Source: Dehalococcoidia bacterium (lineage in GTDB: Bacteria; Chloroflexota; Dehalococcoidia; GIF9; AB-539-J10). Taken from it: DNA of 29,867 nucleotides. The stretch is taken from the NCBI GenBank assembly GCA_030606385.1, contig JAUWGN010000001.1:1-29867 (forward strand). Reading direction: 5' to 3'. The notes below the pieces were generated by a model, which was not told the DNA's origin, did no database searches, and was given only the letters and a program-made list of their open reading frames with translations. The translations under genes were made by a program, and so were the position numbers. Numbering within the stretch: position 1 is the stretch's first letter; the number at the start of each line of letters is the position of its first letter. This document shows, piece by piece, positions 25,840-29,867 of this stretch.

Positions 25840-27273
25840 ATGGCGAAATTGGACGACTTAGCTTTTCTCGATGCTACTGCCCAGGCTGAGCTGGTGCGGC
25901 GAAAGGAGGTAAAGCCGGTTGAACTCGTGGACGCCGCCATCGAGCGGATCAAGCGGCTGAATCCCACCCTTAATGCAGTGGTCACGCCAATGTATGAACA
26001 GGCGCGCACGGCGGCCAGTGGTGAACTGCCCCAAGGGCCCTTTACCGGCGTGCCCTTCCTGCTCAAGGACCTGTTGGCCTCTTACGCTGGGGTGCGGATG
26101 ACCTTGGGGGCGACCTTTTTGCATGACTTCGTGCCCGACCACGACAGTGAACTGGTCACACGGCTGAAGCGCGCCGGGCTGATTATCATCGGTAAGACCA
26201 ACACACCGGAGTTCGGCCTCATGCCGACCACCGAGCCCCGTCTGTTTGGTTCCAGCCACAACCCCTGGGACGTAAGCCGGACAACGGGCGGCTCCAGCGG
26301 GGGCTCGGCCGCCGCTGTGGCCGCTGGCCTGGTTCCCATGGCACACGGCAACGACGGCGGCGGGTCAATCCGCATTCCGGCCTCCTGTTGTGGGCTCTTC
26401 GGCCTCAAGCCCACCCGAGCGCGCAATCCGCTCGGCCCTGATTATGGCGACATCTTTAGTGGACTGGTGGTTGAGCACGCCCTCACCCGCTCGGTGAGGG
26501 ACAGTGCCGCCCTGCTTGATGCCACGTCGGGGCCCGACGTGGGCGACCCATACTGGGTACCACCCCCGGTGCGCCCCTTTCTACAGGAGGTAGGCGCCGA
26601 CCCCGGGCGGCTCCGCATTGCTTTTACCACCACAGCGGTCACCGGTGTCCCGGTGCACAGCGACTGCGTCAGCGCGGTGCGTGATGCAGCGCAGTTGTGC
26701 ACCGACCTCGGCCATGAGGTAGTAGAGGCAGCCCCGGAAGTGCCTGGTGACTTGGTGGCCCAGATGTTCGTGACCTTGTGGTCGGCGGGGTGTGCCTGGA
26801 CCATAGACGGCATGGCCTTTCTAACCGGCCGGGCCGCTACCCCGGACCAGTTCGAACCGCTCACTTGGGCTCTATGTGAAATGGGGCGACAGCAAAGCGC
26901 ATCGGACTATCTGCTCGCCGTGGCGATGCTCCAGAGGGTGTCCCGTGACATCGGGCATTCCTTCGACAATTACGATGTGTGGCTCACCCCGACCCTCAGC
27001 GAGCCACCTGTGCCCCTCGGCACCTTCGACTCTCCGCCGGAGAACTCCTTGCAGGGGCTGACCCGTGCGGCGGAGTTCATACCCTTCACGCCGATCTGCA
27101 ACGTGACCGGGCAGCCCGCCATGTCGCTGCCGCTATTCTGGAATGCCGATGGCCTGCCAGTGGGCACCCACTTCATCGGGCGCTTCGGCGACGAGGCAAC
27201 TCTCTTCCGCCTTGCAGCGCAGCTTGAGGCAGCTCGGCCATGGGCCAGCCGCCATCCGCCAGTATCAGCCTGA
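25840..27273 (+). CDS. Amidase-signature family hydrolase (high GC)
   Basis: [31 protein letters not shown] and [25 protein letters not shown] motifs (Ser-cisSer-Lys triad). Confidence 0.96.
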   Translation: MAKLDDLAFLDATAQAELVRRKEVKPVELVDAAIERIKRLNPTLNAVVTPMYEQARTAASGELPQGPFTGVPFLLKDLLASYAGVRMTLGATFLHDFVPDHDSELVTRLKRAGLIIIGKTNTPEFGLMPTTEPRLFGSSHNPWDVSRTTGGSSGGSAAAVAAGLVPMAHGNDGGGSIRIPASCCGLFGLKPTRARNPLGPDYGDIFSGLVVEHALTRSVRDSAALLDATSGPDVGDPYWVPPPVRPFLQEVGADPGRLRIAFTTTAVTGVPVHSDCVSAVRDAAQLCTDLGHEVVEAAPEVPGDLVAQMFVTLWSAGCAWTIDGMAFLTGRAATPDQFEPLTWALCEMGRQQSASDYLLAVAMLQRVSRDIGHSFDNYDVWLTPTLSEPPVPLGTFDSPPENSLQGLTRAAEFIPFTPICNVTGQPAMSLPLFWNADGLPVGTHFIGRFGDEATLFRLAAQLEAARPWASRHPPVSA

Positions 27274-27389
27274 GCGACCTATGCCGGGTGCGCTTAATTG
27301 CTACGAGGATTGCATCCTCTTTGCCGCGGGAGTTTACGCTCTGGTATTGCTGGTTAGAAACTGGGAAACCATTGGAGGGAGACAAAGAG

Positions 27390-27908
27390 ATGGGTAATCT
27401 GTTATCTCAGAAATGGAGAAATATCCTCTGGAGCACGCTTATGACTATCCTGTGTATTGTCTGTTTTCCGTTTAATCCTCTCATCCTGACAGGTGTTATA
27501 GAAGTAGAATCATACCCGGCATTATTCATCATCGGTTGGGTGGTATGGGCATTCGGTATGGTGCTGGTTATGGCTCCCATAGTCGTTTTCCCACGACGTG
27601 GTGGGGTTCCCAAAGGTAAATCATTTGTAAATACTACCCGTCTCGTTGATACAGGGATATATGCAATCGTTAGGCATCCGCAATACACAGGTGGAATCTA
27701 CGCAATTTTCCTAACCACCTTTTTATGGTATCCGCACTGGCTATTCGGGGTGCTCGGGGTGGTAGGCACTGCAGTCGTTTATATGAGTTGTAGAGAGGAA
27801 GACCAACGCCTAATCGAGAAGTTCGGTGATAATTATAGAGCCTATATGAAAAGGGTGCCTAGAATGAATTTCGTTTTGGGACTTATGAGGCTAGTACACC
27901 AGAAGTGA
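27390..27908 (+). CDS. Isoprenylcysteine carboxyl methyltransferase / PEMT-like membrane methyltransferase
   Basis: LVDTGIYAIVRHPQYTG and EE..L..KFG..Y..Y...VPR motifs. ATG 27390 has SD GGAGG; the longer 27240 ORF overlaps the amidase. Confidence 0.9.
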   Translation: MGNLLSQKWRNILWSTLMTILCIVCFPFNPLILTGVIEVESYPALFIIGWVVWAFGMVLVMAPIVVFPRRGGVPKGKSFVNTTRLVDTGIYAIVRHPQYTGGIYAIFLTTFLWYPHWLFGVLGVVGTAVVYMSCREEDQRLIEKFGDNYRAYMKRVPRMNFVLGLMRLVHQK

Positions 27909-28174
27909 AATCAGCAATTGTAAGTAAAAGCTTATTTAATATCTACCTGAGCTAAGATCACTGCACATTTTAGCGGGTTGTTCAATGTCACCTGGTACCT
28001 ATCCCCCCAAAGCTGCGCACATTGATCTAGTTCAGATAGATAGGTGACACTTCGAAGTATGGAGTTACCTCTCATCTTGGGTTTGAACAAGCTCTGGCAG
28101 TCCGTTGTGTCATTGCGAGGCACGGGGTTCCTCGTTTTACTCGAAACAGTCTCCGCAATCTCAAGTTTAAAAAT

Positions 28175-28224
28175 GTAGTTGCCCAATTTATTGGGCAATT
28201 GTGCCTGATGAATCAGGCAACTAC
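28175..28224. repeat. GTAG...CTAC REP-like palindrome, copy 2
   Basis: 48/50 identical to 18281-18330. The preceding GTTTAAAAA is also shared. Confidence 0.92.
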
Positions 28225-28238
28225 AAAATCCGGAGCTA

Positions 28239-28302
28239 GGTCATTTGGATTTTGGTCATTTGATATTGTTTAGTATTTCGGATTTAGGGTTTAGAATTTC
28301 GT
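28239..28302. repeat. Degenerate short tandem repeats (GGTCATTT x2; five 7-mers RTTTMGN)
   Basis: ggtcattt at 28239 and 28254; gtttagt atttcgg atttagg gtttaga atttcgt at 28268-28302. Confidence 0.8.
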
Positions 28303-28475
28303 TTTTCTGGGATTGCCACGCCTTGGCCCCTTCGCTGCGCTCGGGGTTTCAGCTCACCGCAATGACGAAGAAGGAAGTTAATGTCTCACTAATCGTATGA
28401 ACGAGTACACCTGGTAGTCGCTTGCTCCCTGGTAGGCTTCGAACTACCGGGTAGCGAGAGACAAGCGAAGTCTGT

Positions 28476-28751
28476 TTACTTTTTCAGCACCGCTTTGAAC
28501 ATATCGAGGAGCTTCTTGCTGTAAGGGAACTCCGCCTGATAAAGGACATCACAGGGAAACTTTTCACATCTAAGGCAATAATCCACCTTGCTCTTTATGG
28601 CACACTCAAGCACTGGGCAGGAAAACCCCATTTTCTTCAGCCACTCGACCATTGCCGGAGCCTTGGCATCGGTCCCGGCAACACAGCCCGGGCAGATTCC
28701 CTTTTCCCGGATGCTACAGACCTCGCACGCCATACCACATGCTGCTGGCAT
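28476..28751 (-). CDS. DUF3795-like small Cys-rich protein
   Basis: AACGMACEVC...CPGC...C.V..CA....VDYC..CE.FPC pattern. SD AAGGAGGT. Confidence 0.85.
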   Translation of the reverse strand: MPAACGMACEVCSIREKGICPGCVAGTDAKAPAMVEWLKKMGFSCPVLECAIKSKVDYCLRCEKFPCDVLYQAEFPYSKKLLDMFKAVLKK

Positions 28752-28800
28752 TGTCTTTTACCTCCTTCTTAACGTATCTAAAATCCACCTATCTAGCCTA

Positions 28801-28833
28801 CTCATCAGGCAAAGGTGGAGTTCGCCAAGTAAT
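28801..28833. repeat. 33-bp imperfect direct repeat (second copy 29652-29684)
   Basis: ctcat(c/t)aggcaaaggtggagttcgc...agtaat is shared. On the minus strand it encodes IT(W/M)RTPPLP(D/N)E. Confidence 0.85.
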
Positions 28834-28888
28834 GGTGATTGTAGCACTTGCAGAATGGGGATTGTCCGTTTCACCTACAGTGTCATCG

Positions 28889-29608
28889 CTATTCGAATTG
28901 CTCATACCATTCTTCATACAACTGCTCCCACTTTGATTCCGAGTATGCTCCACCAAGCTGTTGCATCATCCAGGGACCCAATATATCGTCATAGTAAGTA
29001 TATCCCCAATCTGGTGTTGTATTGAGTTTATAAACTTCATAAGAAATATCAGCTTCTTCGGTTACATTGGAGTTAATAAAACGAATAGTGTATTTCGAAT
29101 CCACGCTGGTGCTATTTCGCAGTCCTTCTGCAAATAATCTTATGGCAACACTATATATGGTATCTTCACCCATCTCAGTTTCTTTCGGCACTGGTTGCCC
29201 ATAAAGTATTCTACCGGTAACGGGGTTGAAGTGGGGGTTTACTAGAGATTCCAAAGTAGGCTTATCGTAACTATATTCAGAGTATCTCTGGACTACTTCA
29301 AAATGAACCGCGCCAGGTTCTTCGAGATAAAAAAATAGTCTTATATCCCTGGATTCCACGACGATATCAAGCCACTGACGATTCTGTACAAGCAAGCTGT
29401 CAGTTTCTAACTCGCTATCTGAACTGCCAGATTTCCCAAGATGGACTTCACCAGACATATTAGGTGGATAGCTTTGTGGGGACGGAGGGGAATGCCATAT
29501 AGATAGCACGTCCTCTGGTGCTGCTGGTGCTGATGTTGGTTGTGTGGTGCCACAACCTGTCGCTATAACTGTCAAAGCCAATATAATAGAAACAAGCACT
29601 CGTGACAT
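28889..29608 (-). CDS. Hypothetical lipoprotein
   Basis: Signal peptide with lipobox (VLVSIILALTVIATG-C), an Ala/Pro/Thr linker and SD AAGGAGG. No family recognised. Confidence 0.8.
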   Translation of the reverse strand: MSRVLVSIILALTVIATGCGTTQPTSAPAAPEDVLSIWHSPPSPQSYPPNMSGEVHLGKSGSSDSELETDSLLVQNRQWLDIVVESRDIRLFFYLEEPGAVHFEVVQRYSEYSYDKPTLESLVNPHFNPVTGRILYGQPVPKETEMGEDTIYSVAIRLFAEGLRNSTSVDSKYTIRFINSNVTEEADISYEVYKLNTTPDWGYTYYDDILGPWMMQQLGGAYSESKWEQLYEEWYEQFE

Positions 29609-29609
29609 C

Positions 29610-29867
29610 TCACCCCTCCTTTTCCATCTTTTCTAAACTCTGGGTGGGCTGCTCATTAGGCAAAGGTGGAGTTCGCATAGTAATCATCAGTTCGAATTGT
29701 TTCTTATCCCAATTATACCTTCAACCAAACTCACACGGCTCTGGCACGTCCCTCGTAGGATTAGCGAGGCCAAAGACAAAGGGCATTGTGTTAGATACAG
29801 CAAGAATGAAAAAAATCACGGTATATCCAGAAAGAGGCTACTTTGAGGCAGAGCCAGGACTGCATGT
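29610..29867 (-). pseudogene. 3' remnant of a gene sharing its C-terminal segment with the lipoprotein locus; two in-frame stops
   Basis: The frame from 29867 has TAG at 29840-29838 and TGA at 29723-29721. It ends ...WDKKQFELMITMRTPPLPNEQPTQSLEKMEKEG* one base before the lipoprotein ATG. Confidence 0.45.

Larger units (their letters stand above)
28109..28366. repeat. Composite palindromic repeat cluster with outer GTCATTGCG/CGCAATGAC termini
   Basis: GTCATTGCG (28109-28117) and CGCAATGAC (28358-28366), with inner GCAATC (28155-28160) and GATTGC (28311-28316). These enclose a GTAG REP and heptamer repeats. Confidence 0.8.

Noticed and set aside
27240-27389. N-terminal extension of the methyltransferase ORF
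   Set aside because: It overlaps the amidase 3' end. ATG 27390 has a good SD and gives a typical family length.
27932-28198. 88-aa minus-strand ORF
   Set aside because: It starts inside the REP cluster and has no SD or recognisable motif.
28239-28302. CRISPR array
   Set aside because: There are no constant repeats separated by unique spacers of regular length, and no cas genes.
28420-28470. tRNA (TTCGAAC resembles a T-loop)
   Set aside because: No cloverleaf, D-arm or acceptor stem could be built.
28801-28825. Minus-strand reading ANSTFA* in both 33-bp repeats (TGA/TAA), reminiscent of a tmRNA tag
   Set aside because: No tmRNA termini, T-arm or pseudoknot context is visible. The alternative frame (RTPPLP) aligns with a longer coding remnant.
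29721-29840. Selenocysteine or pyrrolysine readthrough of the in-frame TGA and TAG
   Set aside because: Both stop types occur in one frame, with no recognisable SECIS or redox motif. Pseudogenisation is simpler.

Overview
Chromosomal core region, most consistent with a Dehalococcoidia-type Chloroflexota genome. That assignment is inferred from the ThiD2-ThiE fusion, LexA, the zinc-ribbon proteins and the dnaA-nadD-gyrB-hisS-rel-ilvE neighbourhood. The left part holds housekeeping genes (ilvE, lexA, rpsT, rel, hisS, gyrB, nadD, dnaA, fmt) and a probable oriC between nadD and dnaA. A 2.5-kb accessory module sits between gyrB and nadD: an excisionase-like HTH, a small winged-helix-like protein and a SAMHD1-like HD hydrolase, with a duplicated 22-bp promoter/operator. 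The right part encodes a radical SAM protein, three zinc-ribbon proteins, thiE and a translin-like protein. These are followed by three gene modules, each flanked by its own direct repeat, stacked in what looks like the ancestral translin-rplY spacer. Next come rplY, a FabK/NMO-like flavoprotein, a high-GC amidase, an ICMT-like methyltransferase, a nested cluster of REP-like palindromes, a DUF3795-like protein and a lipoprotein with a decayed tandem neighbour. No rRNA, tRNA, CRISPR array, integrase or transposase could be supported. All family calls come from motif recognition by eye; no database search was run.
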